Assembly: GCA_964016885.1 (NCBI GenBank) | Contig: OZ024741.1 | Location: 349,742,001-349,806,000, forward strand | From: Eledone cirrhosa | Taxonomy: Eukaryota | DNA: 64,000 nucleotides | Reading direction: 5' to 3' | In this document: positions 26,916 through 38,416 of the stretch, one piece after another | Layout: every line of letters starts with the position of its first letter | How positions within the stretch are numbered: the first letter of the stretch is position 1 | Translations under genes and position numbers: made by a program | Notes under the pieces: model-generated | Told to the model about the DNA's origin: nothing | Seen by the model: only the letters and a program-made list of their open reading frames with translations | Databases searched by the model: none

Positions 26916-26969
<54 letters not shown>

Positions 26970-26976
26970 GTATGTA

Positions 26977-27044
<68 letters not shown>

Positions 27045-27202
27045 TGAGTGTGTGTGTGTGTATATATATATATATTTATATATATATGTATGTATGTGTA
27101 TATATATATATATATAAATATGTGTGTGTGCGTGTGTGTGTGTGTCTGTGAGTGTATGTGTGTATATATATATGTATATATATATTTATATATATATGTA
27201 TG

Positions 27203-27251
<49 letters not shown>

Positions 27252-27330
27252 CGAAGGAAATGTGGTAAGGAACCAGGTGGACCATAACGCACCAAAGTAC
27301 TCAATACTTAGGGTAGTAGAGTGGGTAATA

Positions 27331-27442
27331 GGATCCAGTAAGACCCCGACGGCTGAGCTCAAGCCGTTTCGACGGCTAATTCTGGACTAAATGAAAATTT
27401 ATCCTGGTATTTAAATAGCCGAGCTTCTCAAGGGGTAATTCC
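27331..27442 (-). ncRNA. Hammerhead ribozyme in the inverted pLTR (U3-A8 core variant)
   Basis: ACCCC-UUGAGAA-GCUCGGCUA...UAGCCGUC-GAAA-CGGCU-UGAGCUC-AGCCG-UC-GGGGU. Confidence 0.75.
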
Positions 27443-27674
27443 ATATATGGTCAAAGTGATTGTCAAATGTCAGTAGTAATTCAGTGATTGCAAATTAGTA
27501 GGGGAGATGGTGGCTAAACCTGCCAGTAGGAGAAAGAGGGGAGGGGGTGGAGTAGACCCAATGATGCGTTGGTAGTGCCAGCTACAGCTGGGCATGAGGT
27601 CAAAGAAGATACTGGGGAGGGGGAGGGGGAGGAAGTCGGAACGATAGGTAGAACAATGAGGGGTAAAAATATAT

Positions 27675-29123
27675 ATGAAAGAAAAAAAAAAGAACATTAA
27701 ATTTAAACCCAGACACAACCGATTCCTACAAAAACTCCGTAGCAACTTAACAGAGTATGATAACACCAATGACATCATGGTGCATTCGGATAAAACTGGG
27801 AACCTATACTTTGTCAACCCTGACAGATACCACACACTGATCAGGAGCAGCCTAAACTCCACCTATAAAAAGGCCAACCACTCTTGCATCGAGGACATAA
27901 ATCGAGATGGACAACAAATTACCTCCAGCCTCGGGGTCGCCGACCGCACGGAACCCCTAGACCCACGGACACCATACTTTACACTGAAGGACCATAAATC
28001 CGATTTTGACCGTAAACCCTCTATCAGGCTTATTAACCCAACGAAGTCCGACATAGGGAGAATCAGCAAAAAAATCCTAGACCGCGTGATACCAAAAGTC
28101 AAGCAACACGCCCGACTTAGCCTATGGATCAACACCCAGGAAGTAATCTCATGGTTCAGCAATATGGAGGATAAACGAGACACTAAATTCATACAATTCG
28201 ACATAGAGAGCTACTATGCTTCAATCACCTTACCGCTACTTACTGCCGCCTTGGACTTCGCCGAAACACTTGTGCCCATCACCGACCAGGAAAGAAAAAT
28301 CATCCTCCACGCCAGGAAGACAGTCTTACTCTTTGACGACTCTAAATGGATAAAAAGAGCTCCTGACTCACCCTTCGACGTCAGCATGGGCGCCACGGAT
28401 TCGGCGGAGGTCACTGATCTTATAGGATTATTCCTAATAGCCAAACTCACTGATATGTTTCCTGCATTCGGTGGTGGATTGTACCGTGATGATGGGCTCC
28501 TTACCCTTAAAGGGTACAACCCCAGTAGTACAGATCGGGTCCGGAAACAATTAATCAGCTTCTTCCGCGACTGGGGATTTAAAATAACCCTACAAACGTC
28601 CCTGACCCGAGTAAACTTCCTGGACGTGACCCTCGACCTCGAAAACGACCTGTACTACCCATACAGGAAACCTAATGACAACCTGCACTACATCCACCGC
28701 CGATCAAACCATCCTAGGAACATCACCAACAACCTGGTCAAAAACATCTCCCTCCGCATATCCCGTTTGTCAGCTAATGAGCGGATATTCGATGAACATG
28801 CGCCTTATTACAACCAGGCCCTCAAGCGGAGTGGTTTCCGGGAGGAAATATCCTACTATCCAGCTCCCATTAGCGGAACCAGCAGGAGACACCGCCGCTC
28901 ACGCAATGTAACATGGTTCAATCCTCCCCACAACGCAGAGGTGACAACTCCCATCGGGAAACTATTCTTTAGGCTCATTGAAAAACACTTCCCACTACAA
29001 CACCGCTACTACAACAAAATTAACAAAAATACCATCAAACTCTCTTACAGCACTACACCAAACTTCGCACAAAACATCGTCTCCTCTAACAACAAAAAAA
29101 CTCAACCCCGATGGCAGAAATAA
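27675..29123 (+). CDS. PLE reverse transcriptase (N-terminally truncated; continues into the GIY-YIG domain after a +1 frameshift at about 29094-29100)
   Basis: RLINPTKSDIGRISK, FIQFDIESYYASI, VSMGATDSAE, GLYRDDGL, NFLDVTLDL, PYRKPND, WFNPP motifs typical of Naiad/Penelope RTs. Confidence 0.9.
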   Translation: MKEKKKNIKFKPRHNRFLQKLRSNLTEYDNTNDIMVHSDKTGNLYFVNPDRYHTLIRSSLNSTYKKANHSCIEDINRDGQQITSSLGVADRTEPLDPRTPYFTLKDHKSDFDRKPSIRLINPTKSDIGRISKKILDRVIPKVKQHARLSLWINTQEVISWFSNMEDKRDTKFIQFDIESYYASITLPLLTAALDFAETLVPITDQERKIILHARKTVLLFDDSKWIKRAPDSPFDVSMGATDSAEVTDLIGLFLIAKLTDMFPAFGGGLYRDDGLLTLKGYNPSSTDRVRKQLISFFRDWGFKITLQTSLTRVNFLDVTLDLENDLYYPYRKPNDNLHYIHRRSNHPRNITNNLVKNISLRISRLSANERIFDEHAPYYNQALKRSGFREEISYYPAPISGTSRRHRRSRNVTWFNPPHNAEVTTPIGKLFFRLIEKHFPLQHRYYNKINKNTIKLSYSTTPNFAQNIVSSNNKKTQPRWQK

Positions 29124-29607
29124 TCTAAATAGCAGTGGAGAGCCGACCAGGAGGTGTAACTGTCCGGATAGATCCATTTGCCCACTCGACAATAGATGCA
29201 GAGACCGTAATGTGATCTACCAGTGCAACGTGAGGACGGATACCTCCAACAAAGCTTATATAGGACTAACCGCATGTGACTTCAAGACCCGGCTATACCA
29301 ACATAGACATACCTTCCGAAACCCGGCCCGGCGTCACGCCACTACACTTTCGGGCCACATATGGGACCTTAAGGACAACAACATCACCTATGATCTCACT
29401 TGGAGATTACTGTCCAGAGCCAATTCTTACACGGGAGGACGCCGTCCGTGCAATTTATGCTCGGAGGAAACTTTACAAATGCTGTTTTCGACGGACCAAC
29501 TCCTAAACAAGAAAGATGAACTGGTTACTGCATGTAAACATAGATTGCGTAGGACTTACCTCGCCCTCAAACCCCATAATGACCCGGGGGGTAGACTAGG
29601 GCTATAA
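29101..29607 (+). CDS. PLE C-terminal GIY-YIG endonuclease (in-frame part of ORF 28978-29607)
   Basis: CNC-x5-CPLDNRC, NVIY...AYIGLT...FKTRLYQH, CNLCSEE, LLNKKDELVTACKH. Confidence 0.9.
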   Translation, partial: LNPDGRNNLNSSGEPTRRCNCPDRSICPLDNRCRDRNVIYQCNVRTDTSNKAYIGLTACDFKTRLYQHRHTFRNPARRHATTLSGHIWDLKDNNITYDLTWRLLSRANSYTGGRRPCNLCSEETLQMLFSTDQLLNKKDELVTACKHRLRRTYLALKPHNDPGGRLGL

Positions 29608-30693
29608 CACCCCACTTGCCGATTTTGCAATGGGTAACCCCTGCTTGCCAAGGGAGACGTAAGATCTTTTTATTCTTTTATCGCTTCCTTTATTTCCTTC
29701 TTCCCCCCATCCCTCCTTAGTCCTTCTACCCCAGTTCTTCTTCTTTGTCGGCGTCTTTTCTCGCCCACCCGAGGCTGCCCTTTGGCCCCTTGTAGCCTCA
29801 GTACCCCCACCCCCTCCCCTAGTCTATGATAGATTTGGCGGACTCCGCTTTTTATAGCAGTTGTGTTAGACCTCGGATACTTGCCACCTTTTTCCGACCG
29901 CTCCCACTATTTTCCGTGCCTTCTATTTTCTTAGTGGCACTTATGCCTTATTTTCTCGTTTCAGTATTTCTTTCTTCACTTTTCTTTTGGGCGGGGTGGA
30001 TTCTGAATTTATTTTTCCGTATTCTACCTTTACTTCGTACGAACTTTCATGTAGCTTGTATAAGATCTTTTAGAGTTAGCATTAGTATATATTTTTTTCG
30101 GGACTCAGAATTATTATCTCGTACTAGTTTAGTTTGCTGCATTGGGTGGTTGCTGGCATTGTGCCCGGGATAGAAACCTTTATTATTTATTTCGTGGTAG
30201 TTTCTTTAGTATTTTGGCCCCATTTGTTGACCCGTCACCGTATCATTTACGTACTTATACCTCTTAAAAGGGTCCTTGCTTATTCCGTCCCACCTAGTTT
30301 ATTTACTTATTTCGTTATTTCTTTATTTATTTATTTCTTTATTTATTTATTTATCTAGCCTAACAATAGCTAGAGACTTAGGTCGTAGAACTTGCTTTAC
30401 TTTTTTCTTTAACTTATTCGCTTTTCATCACTCTCAGTATTTTTTTTTTCTTTCATATATATTTTTACCCCTCATTGTTCTACCTACCGTTCCGACTACC
30501 CCCCCCCCCCCTCCCCCTCCCCAGTATCTTCTTTGAACTCATGCCCAGCTGTAGCTGGCACTACCAACGCATGATTGGGTCTACTCCACCCCCTCCCCTC
30601 TTTCTCCTACTGGCAGGTTTAGCCACCATCTCCCCTACTAATTTGCAATCACTGAATTACTACTGACTTTTGACAATCACTTTGACCATATAT

Positions 30694-30804
30694 GGAATTA
30701 CCCCTTGAGAAGCTCGGCTATTTAAATACCAGGATAAATTTTCATTTAGTCCAGAATTAGCCGTCGAAACGGCTTGAGCTCAGCCGTCGGAGTCTTACTG
30801 GTTC

Positions 30805-30805
<1 letters not shown>
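30694..30805 (+). ncRNA. Hammerhead ribozyme in the 3' pLTR (U3-A8 core variant)
   Basis: UUGAGAA 30705-30711, GAAA 30766-30769, GUC 30786-30788; stem I has one mismatch (GGAGU). Confidence 0.7.
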
Positions 30806-30837
<32 letters not shown>

Positions 30838-31110
30838 AAAGTTATGAAACGAAAGGAGCTGTGTGGTTACTAATAACAAGGTTTAGGATGGTGGTCAGGA
30901 CGGAACAGGAGGAGAAAGGAAGAAAGGTGTTTCCATCATCAGCTGTAAATGTTTCCCGAACCGATGTTTCGACGCTGAATTACAGGACATCGGTGTAGTT
31001 TGGGTGCGCCCGAGGCCTTTTATTAATCAAAAGGCCAGGTGGAAAAGGAGAGAGAAAGAGAGAAAAATATACATATGTATAATATATGTAAATACACACA
31101 CACACACATA

Positions 31111-31204
<94 letters not shown>

Positions 31205-31372
31205 TATATATATATACATATATAAATCTGCAGATAGACTAAAGTGCCATTTAAGGCATAACGATGTAAAATTAACTGAGAAGTCTGTTGGACCCTCATA
31301 TGTGGATATACGACAGGATAGGCCATCATATAAATATATATTTGTATGTATGTATATACATATATATATATG

Positions 31373-31412
<40 letters not shown>

Positions 31413-31479
31413 CATATATATATAAATTTATACACACATACATATCTATCTATTTATCTATCTATCTATATCTTCCCTC

Positions 31480-32533
31480 TGTTTATTTTCCTCAACCTAT
31501 ATACAGAGAAAGCCTATTCACTCGGGCCATTTTCGCCACATTCACCCACCTTACAGCGAATTTACTGGGGTGTAGCACCTCTCTCTCCACTCTCACCTTC
31601 CTTCTGAAGTGGTACTTAAAGAAGGGGATAAGTTGTTGTCCGGAGAGAAAGGTGTTTGCCCTCAGTCCTTTTAACCTTGTCCCCCATATTACCTCTTTCG
31701 CCATAGCCACCAGACAGAGGAAAACCGCCTCTCCATTCTTAAATGAAGGCGGCGGGTTGATCCTCTCGATGGACTTGGCTGACAACTGGATGCGTCCCAC
31801 GTGTGACAGTAGCTGTTCGACATAATTCCACAGGTCGGTCACCCCTGGGCACTGAACAATTGCGTGCAGAACGGTTTCGATGTCCTGCTCGCATCTTGGA
31901 CATGTCCTTTTGGCAGGATCTCTGTCAGGGCGTCCGTGCCTGTAGATTTTGTCTCGAACTGGTAGAGCTTCTCGGTAGCACTGCCAGGCCAGAGACCTCT
32001 GGAAGTTATCCATAGGCTCTGGACGGAAAGTCCTCCCGAACAGACTGGTCAGTTCGTCCTCCTTGATGCCTAGAGTTTCCCCGAGAACGTCGTCGCACTT
32101 ATCCTCCACTAATCCCCTATAGAATGTCGAAGTGGAGTCTCCGCCGATTGCCCTTTCCGCCTGGTAGAGGGCTGTGAGCTAGATAGATAGATAAGTTTCT
32201 TTTATTTGCCACCAGGGCATCAAAAGTAGGACAAGTACAAAGGGGGGAGTTTACACAAAAAGGCGTCCTCAATAAGGAGGAGGCAATAACAAAATATAAA
32301 AATAAAATAAGATATAACAAAAAATAAAATTTTTAACAAAATCCTCAATAGAGAGGAGGCGCCTTGGGGGGTCGCACACACCCCCGAAAAAAGTGTGCAA
32401 CCCTTTTCCTCAGGAGCACAGAGAGGGGGTGCTCCCTCGTTCCTTCCTCTTTTCCACCTACAGGCTTATGTAAAGAGAAGGCCCATTCACACGGGCCATT
32501 CTCGCCACTTTCACCCACCTTTCATAAAAACGA
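31480..32533 (-). mobile_element. Two tandem 5'-truncated Tx1/L1-like LINE 3' ends (zf-RVT region) in (GATA)n
   Basis: ORF 31492-32109 LAWQCYREALPVR...CPRC..ETVLHAIVQC (zf-RVT-like); second 3' end at 32192-32533; tagataga at the junctions. Confidence 0.8.
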
Positions 32534-32602
32534 GCTAGATAGATAGATAGATAGATAGATAGGTAGATAGGTAGGTAGGTAGGTAGATAGATAGATAGAT
32601 AG

Positions 32603-32661
<59 letters not shown>

Positions 32662-33559
32662 GGGGGGGGGGTCGATAGAAACAATGTTTGTGGTTCATAT
32701 CTTAACCATGAAGGGATGTTTGGCTGCCATCAAACAAGTATATTGGGTTACGATGTTTAGCCATAAAGCGAACGAATTTTCCTTGTTGTAAGTGTCTCAC
32801 AGTGTTATATTGATGGATCTTGAATACTTTCTTGTCACATTTACCGAAGGTTCGATTTGAACCAAACCAAATACATTTATATACAAATCCCTGGAAGTGG
32901 GTCTACCTTATTAATATGCATTAGACATTATCCGTGTACGCATATTTTCAGATGAGATTGCTCAAATATTTAAACAGAAACAACACCATTTGTAAACAGA
33001 ACACATACTAAAGAATTACTCGAAGAAGAAAATATAATTCATTCTAATCAGCTACGTATTTTGTCTACTGTTCAGTGCTCAAACACACGAGGTATGCAAC
33101 TAGTCGACAAGAAATATTTAAGGCGAATCATCTCTTCATCATATCTGACGTCTAGTGATTCTCCTTCAGATTTGGCGATTAAAAGACAGATCAAGGAGAT
33201 ATTTCATGCACTAGTAAATATGTCGGGCGACGTCGTGACATATCACGCAATAAAACCATATCAGATAGACCAGATATTTACGTGTAACATGATATATTTA
33301 TAAATATGTTTTGAAATAAAATCGAAGAAAAAAATCCAGTTTCAATGAATGCAAAATAGATATACCAAGACAGATTCAACGGTTGCTAAAAAGACTCTGA
33401 TATGAACACAGATCCGCAGGTGTAACTTCCACATATTTGATAATTTATGATATATTTACAAAGCGATTACCTTTCTGTTGTTTTCTGAGGATGGTTATCC
33501 AAGCTATGAGATATTTAAAATGCTTGTTGGTTTCCAGGTTTAGAATTCATGATCACACA

Positions 33560-33626
<67 letters not shown>

Positions 33627-33725
33627 GAGAGGGGGGGTCAAATCTCGACCACGATTCCAGCTTGGACCGTGGTATGAATTTTACCTATCTCTATGGCCAC
33701 CCTTCATCTGGGAGTTGATTTACGG

Positions 33726-33996
33726 CAGGGTTGTGCAACATATTCCATTGGCGGGCCACTTTTTAAAATTGGAACAACTATATTTATTAAGGACTATTCC
33801 AAAAATTCACCACAACTTCTTTCCATAACATGGAACTGGGAAATTATAACACACTGTCAGTGAAGCCCTTTAGTATAGGTCAACTAACAGAAATTTGTAT
33901 TACGGTTATGAAAACATTTTAAATAAGGCAACAAGGTAAAAATTAAAAACGGTCATCGCGGGCCACTCTGACAGGTCGGATTGTGGCCGGAAAGTG
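33726..33996. mobile_element. hAT-type non-autonomous fragment
   Basis: cagggttgtgcaac...ggcgggccac start and cgcgggcc/gtggccgg subterminal motifs. Confidence 0.45.
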
Positions 33997-34199
33997 TTAA
34001 GCTTAGGTCTATTATTATCAGCAAAAACCTTAGATTTATGATCGGAGTCAAGCTGACTTTGGACGTATCCGTTGTTCAGGTTATTACAGTGGGTATTTAC
34101 TCTATTATAGCATTTATTATTTTCACGCCTATTATTTCCATAATGTGTGTGTGTGCTCACAGTCATTAGAGTTTGTATTGTCAATATTATTATTTTCTA

Positions 34200-34600
34200 T
34201 GTGTTTTATGTTATTGAATTTCTGTGTGCTCTATTACTTCTATTTTCATTGGGTATGTGATCATCGCTATAATTACTAATTATTTTCTTAGTCTTATAGA
34301 GAGGCGGAAGATTGTTCGGTTTAAGTACATTTTTATTGGTCAAATTGGGTCTAAGTTGAGCCATATTATGTCAGATAATGTTGTTATAACTGTTGCTGAT
34401 TCGTGAGGGTTTTCTGTATACACGATTTTATGGTTATTACCGGACAGTTGTAGTGCTTTATTGAGAGCTCTGATGAAAGCCATCTTGGTTAGAGGAAAGT
34501 CTAGAAATGCGGTTAGATACATTATTAACAATAGATTTTAGTATATGTATGTATGTATATATATATATAACATACCGTGTTTCTTTAGAAATACGAAATT
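34200..34600 (-). pseudogene. Degenerate second Naiad-type PLE fragment with inverted tail
   Basis: KSIVNNVSNRISRLSSNQ / LNKALQLSG..IVY / IIWLN align to NLVKNISLRISRLSANE / YNQALKRSG..ISY / VTWFN of the 27675 ORF; 34569-34600 matches 48138-48170. Confidence 0.65.
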
Positions 34601-34645
34601 TCTATACATATCTGTATACAGCTATGCCTGAAGCTAAATCCTATT

Positions 34646-34689
<44 letters not shown>

Positions 34690-35413
34690 GATACATACTT
34701 ACAAACATACATACATACATACATACATACATAAATACATATATATGGTTGTACGTACGTGTATATATATATATATATATATATATATTACATGTATATG
34801 CATGCATGTGTGTCTAAAGAGCATGAGGAATATATAGAGAGGGGGGAGATGCGAGAGGAGTAACGGAAAGAGAACTTGAGAAACAGACGTGTGTGTGTGT
34901 TGTTATTGAGTGTACATAAAATGTCAGACAAACCCCGAGGGGTTTGATACGTACAGTTGGAACATACATCTTAAACGGACCCTACTTACTTAAACACTTT
35001 ACTGTTCCCGCATATTTCGTCTGACTTTATGTCTCCATCACTCTTTCCTGAAATTTTCTCTTTTTCTCCTTTTTTTTTCTATTTTCTTCTATTTTCTAAA
35101 TTTTCTTTTCTTTCTTTGCTTCATTCGTTGTTTCTTTCTTTCCTTTATTTTGATGTTTTGTGGAGTCTTATTTTTGGTTTTTATTCAATTTTTTTTACTT
35201 TTTCATACTTCTTTCATATCTAAATGTTTGTTCTTTTCCTTGTTTCCTTGCTTTCCTCTTTCCTTCCACTTTCTTATTCCTCTATGCTTTCTTTCAAATC
35301 ACATCACTCTTCATCTATTCACCAGACATCCATCCCTTTCTTCATTACGGAAATAAAAAAAATGGAAGAGCGTAAAAATAGAACAAACTCTATCTTTCTC
35401 ACTCACTCACACT

Positions 35414-35472
<59 letters not shown>

Positions 35473-35502
35473 TCTCTCACTCTCTCTTTCTATATATATA
35501 TA

Positions 35503-35755
35503 CGTGTGTCTGGAAAGTAACAGGACTTAGTGTGCTGTGTGAGCTATGAGTGGGTTAGAGATTAGAGGCTTCCGTCGCCGTGTGACGTAATATCCGAGAA
35601 ATATATAACTGCGATCTCAGCTCTCTGCAGTCATTGCATGTTAACAGCTACTCAATTTTAGGCTATCGAACGATGAGCAGACAGCACCAAACCAACTTGA
35701 AGATTTTGGTCCAGCTGAGGAAACCTCCGTCCGAAACACTCAGAATACAAACCCT
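35503..35755 (+). mobile_element. Mariner-like transposon 5' fragment
   Basis: TA followed by TIR-like cgtgtgtctggaaagtaacaggact; QHQTNLKILVQLRKPPSETLR resembles the mariner N-terminal HTH. Confidence 0.6.
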
Positions 35756-36066
35756 CAGTAAAACCCTAAATCGAACGCCAATCTTTACACATGACTCCTG
35801 CGAAACCAAATGGTACACCCCACTCCACCCTCCAAATCCGGCAAATTCAATGCGGACTACACATCCTCCTGAAATCGGTATAGGTAACTGAACTGCAACA
35901 GTCACCTAATGGAGAAGACAGGCGTTATCAAGCTGCAGCCGTCATATTACGTAGTTTCTGTATGATAAAGCCAAAGATAACATATATATATATATATATG
36001 TTTGACTCAACAAGAAGTTTCCTTAGTCGCTTCCTAGGTAAGCGTTTCATTTACTATATATATATA

Positions 36067-36134
<68 letters not shown>

Positions 36135-36137
<3 letters not shown>

Positions 36138-36320
36138 GTGTCCTGGGCTCAATCGGGGGGGAACCACAGTAAGTATGATACTCAATACATTTTTAGAGTA
36201 TACAACGAATTTAATATAGAAATGGCTTCTACAGAATTGTAGAAGCTATGTATACTCTAAAAGTGTATTGGGTATCTTACTTACTGTGATTCCTCCCGAT
36301 TGAACCCAGGACTCTATCTC
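36135..36320. repeat. Fold-back hairpin element between mirrored (GA)n/(TC)n tracts
   Basis: About 67-bp inverted arms; related sequence at about 49270-49430. Confidence 0.75.
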
Positions 36321-36360
36321 TATATCTCTCTCTCTCACACACACACATATATATATATAT

Positions 36361-36769
36361 ATCAATAATATTAATAAATGGAAACTATCTTTATAAAACC
36401 ATATTTATTTTATTATATATATTTCAAGGGTACCAAAATTTTGGCGCGCGGTCATCAGATAAAATACAAAAGTTGTTTTACATATAGTGACATATTCAGG
36501 AACAAGAACTTATCTTTTTAAGTTCTGTCGATAAGTTCTTGTTTTTGGATATGTCATTATCTGTAAAACAACTTTTGTATTGTATCTGATGAGAGCGTGC
36601 CAAAATGTTGGTACCCTTGAAATATATATAATAAAATAAATATGGTTTTATAAAGATAATTTCCATTTATTAATATTATTGATATTATAATCAAGAAGAA
36701 ATACTGTAGAGTGCTTCAAACCTGTTATAAATAAATTTGTTGAATAACCAACAAATTAAATAATTCTTT

Positions 36770-36773
<4 letters not shown>
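36361..36773 (+). mobile_element. Family I fold-back element with HHR cores on both strands (36406-36466 minus, 36578-36638 plus)
   Basis: CUGAUGA...GAAA-UAUAUAUA in both arms; homologous to 17494-17903. Confidence 0.85.
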
Positions 36774-36844
<71 letters not shown>

Positions 36845-36847
<3 letters not shown>

Positions 36848-37167
36848 ATAATAATAAATTTGAAGACTAAAATCCAAAGAGGGCTCGATAAGGATAAATA
36901 TATATCAAATATAAGAACCGTAGAGCAAATATTTATTAAAATAACAGATTAAAGTTTAAGCCAAGAATCGCTGCTTTCACCCTTAACGGGATCTTCTGAA
37001 ACTAACAAAGTCAATGTGTAAACGCAGAAGTGGATATTTCAAAAAACTTTGCAACCGGAGGAAGACAGGAAGACGATATGTTTTCCTGCTTGGTACGGGT
37101 ATGTTCTTTGTAGAAATATTCAGATGTTGTTTCTGCATGATGAATATAAGTCAATAGAGTTATGTTA

Positions 37168-37172
<5 letters not shown>
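36845..37172 (-). mobile_element. Family B PLE pLTR copy with CAGAAGA hammerhead-like fold (36945-37015)
   Basis: Homology to 22662-22855. Confidence 0.8.
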
Positions 37173-37234
<62 letters not shown>

Positions 37235-37304
37235 TAATCATAACCTCTACTTGGATTACCTTAAACAATATCTCGTTAACTTATATATATATATATAGAT
37301 AGAT

Positions 37305-38349
37305 ATGTTTCTTTATTAGCCACAGGGGCACAAAAGAAGGGGACAAATACAAAGGGGGAAGTTTACATACAATAAAAACGTGTAAAATGTTATCACAAAT
37401 GCAAGATAGATAGATATGTTTCTTTTATTTGCCACCAGGGCATCAAAAGTGGGACAAGTACAATGGGGGGAGTTTACAAAACAAGGCGTCCTCAATAAGG
37501 AGGAGGCAATAACAATATATAAAAATAAAATAAAATATAACAAAAAATAAAATTTATAACAAAGTCCTCAATAGAGAGGAGGCGCCTTGGGGGGTCGCAC
37601 ACACCCCCGAAAAAAAGTGTGCAACCCTTCTCCTCAGGAGCACAGAGAAGGGGTGCTCCCTTGGTCTTTCATCTTCCTCACCTATAGTCTGATGTAGAGT
37701 GAAGGCCCATTCACACGGGCCATTTTCGCCACTTTCACCCATCTTTCATAAAAACGGCTGGGGTGCAGCACCTCTCTCTCCATCCTGATCCTTCTTCCGA
37801 AATGATATCGGAAGAAACGGACCAGTTGTTGGCCAGAGAGAAAGGTGTCTGAGCTCAGTCCTTTCAGACGCGTCCACCATACAACCTCTTTCACCATGGC
37901 TATTACGCACAGAAACACCGCCTCTCCTTCGTTTTTGAAGAGGGGAGGCGGCTTGATCGTTACAATAGACTCGGTGGTCAACCGGATCGGTCCCACCCTT
38001 GACAGCAGTTGTTCGACATAGCCCCACAGATCGGCAATGCTCGAGCAGTGTACCAATGCGTGTGCAACGGTTTCCTCGTCGCACACGCATCTGGGACAGA
38101 TCTTTTTCGATGGGTCCCTACCCGGGCGCCCGTGTCTGTAGAGCCTTTCTCGAACGGGCAGAGCCCTTCTGTAGCATTGCCAGGCCAGGGACCTCTGGAA
38201 GTTATCCATGGGTCCCGGGCTGAACGTCCTACCGAACAGGTTGGCCAGTTCGTCTTCCTCCATACCTAGGGCTTCTCCGAGGGCGTCGTCGCACCTGCTA
38301 ACCACCAGCCCTCTATAGAATGACGAGGTGGATTCTCCACTGACAGCCG
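37305..38349 (-). mobile_element. Tx1/L1-like LINE 3' ends in (GATA)n (ORF 37682-38305, zf-RVT)
   Basis: Paralog of 31492-32109; 3' UTR ends aataaaagaaacatatctatct; (GATA)n on both sides. Confidence 0.82.

Positions 38350-38416
<67 letters not shown>

Larger units (their letters stand above)
27250..30807 (+). mobile_element. Penelope-like retroelement (Naiad-type), 5'-truncated with inverted pLTR, inserted in (TA)n
   Basis: RT plus GIY-YIG ORF; about 365-bp inverted repeat 27329-27691 / 30440-30807; extra 80-nt tail on the left copy only; TA repeats on both flanks. Confidence 0.92.

Noticed and set aside
27675-30440. Selenoprotein-type Naiad (in-frame UGA plus SECIS)
   Set aside because: No in-frame TGA in the RT or GIY-YIG frames; the conserved cysteines use TGT/TGC.
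29826-30666. Hydrophobic ORFs downstream of the PLE endonuclease
   Set aside because: T-rich 3' UTR/pLTR sequence with biased composition and no motifs.
32944-33303. Possible host exon or 80-aa ORF
   Set aside because: No recognisable domain, stops in adjacent frames, and no partner exons identifiable.
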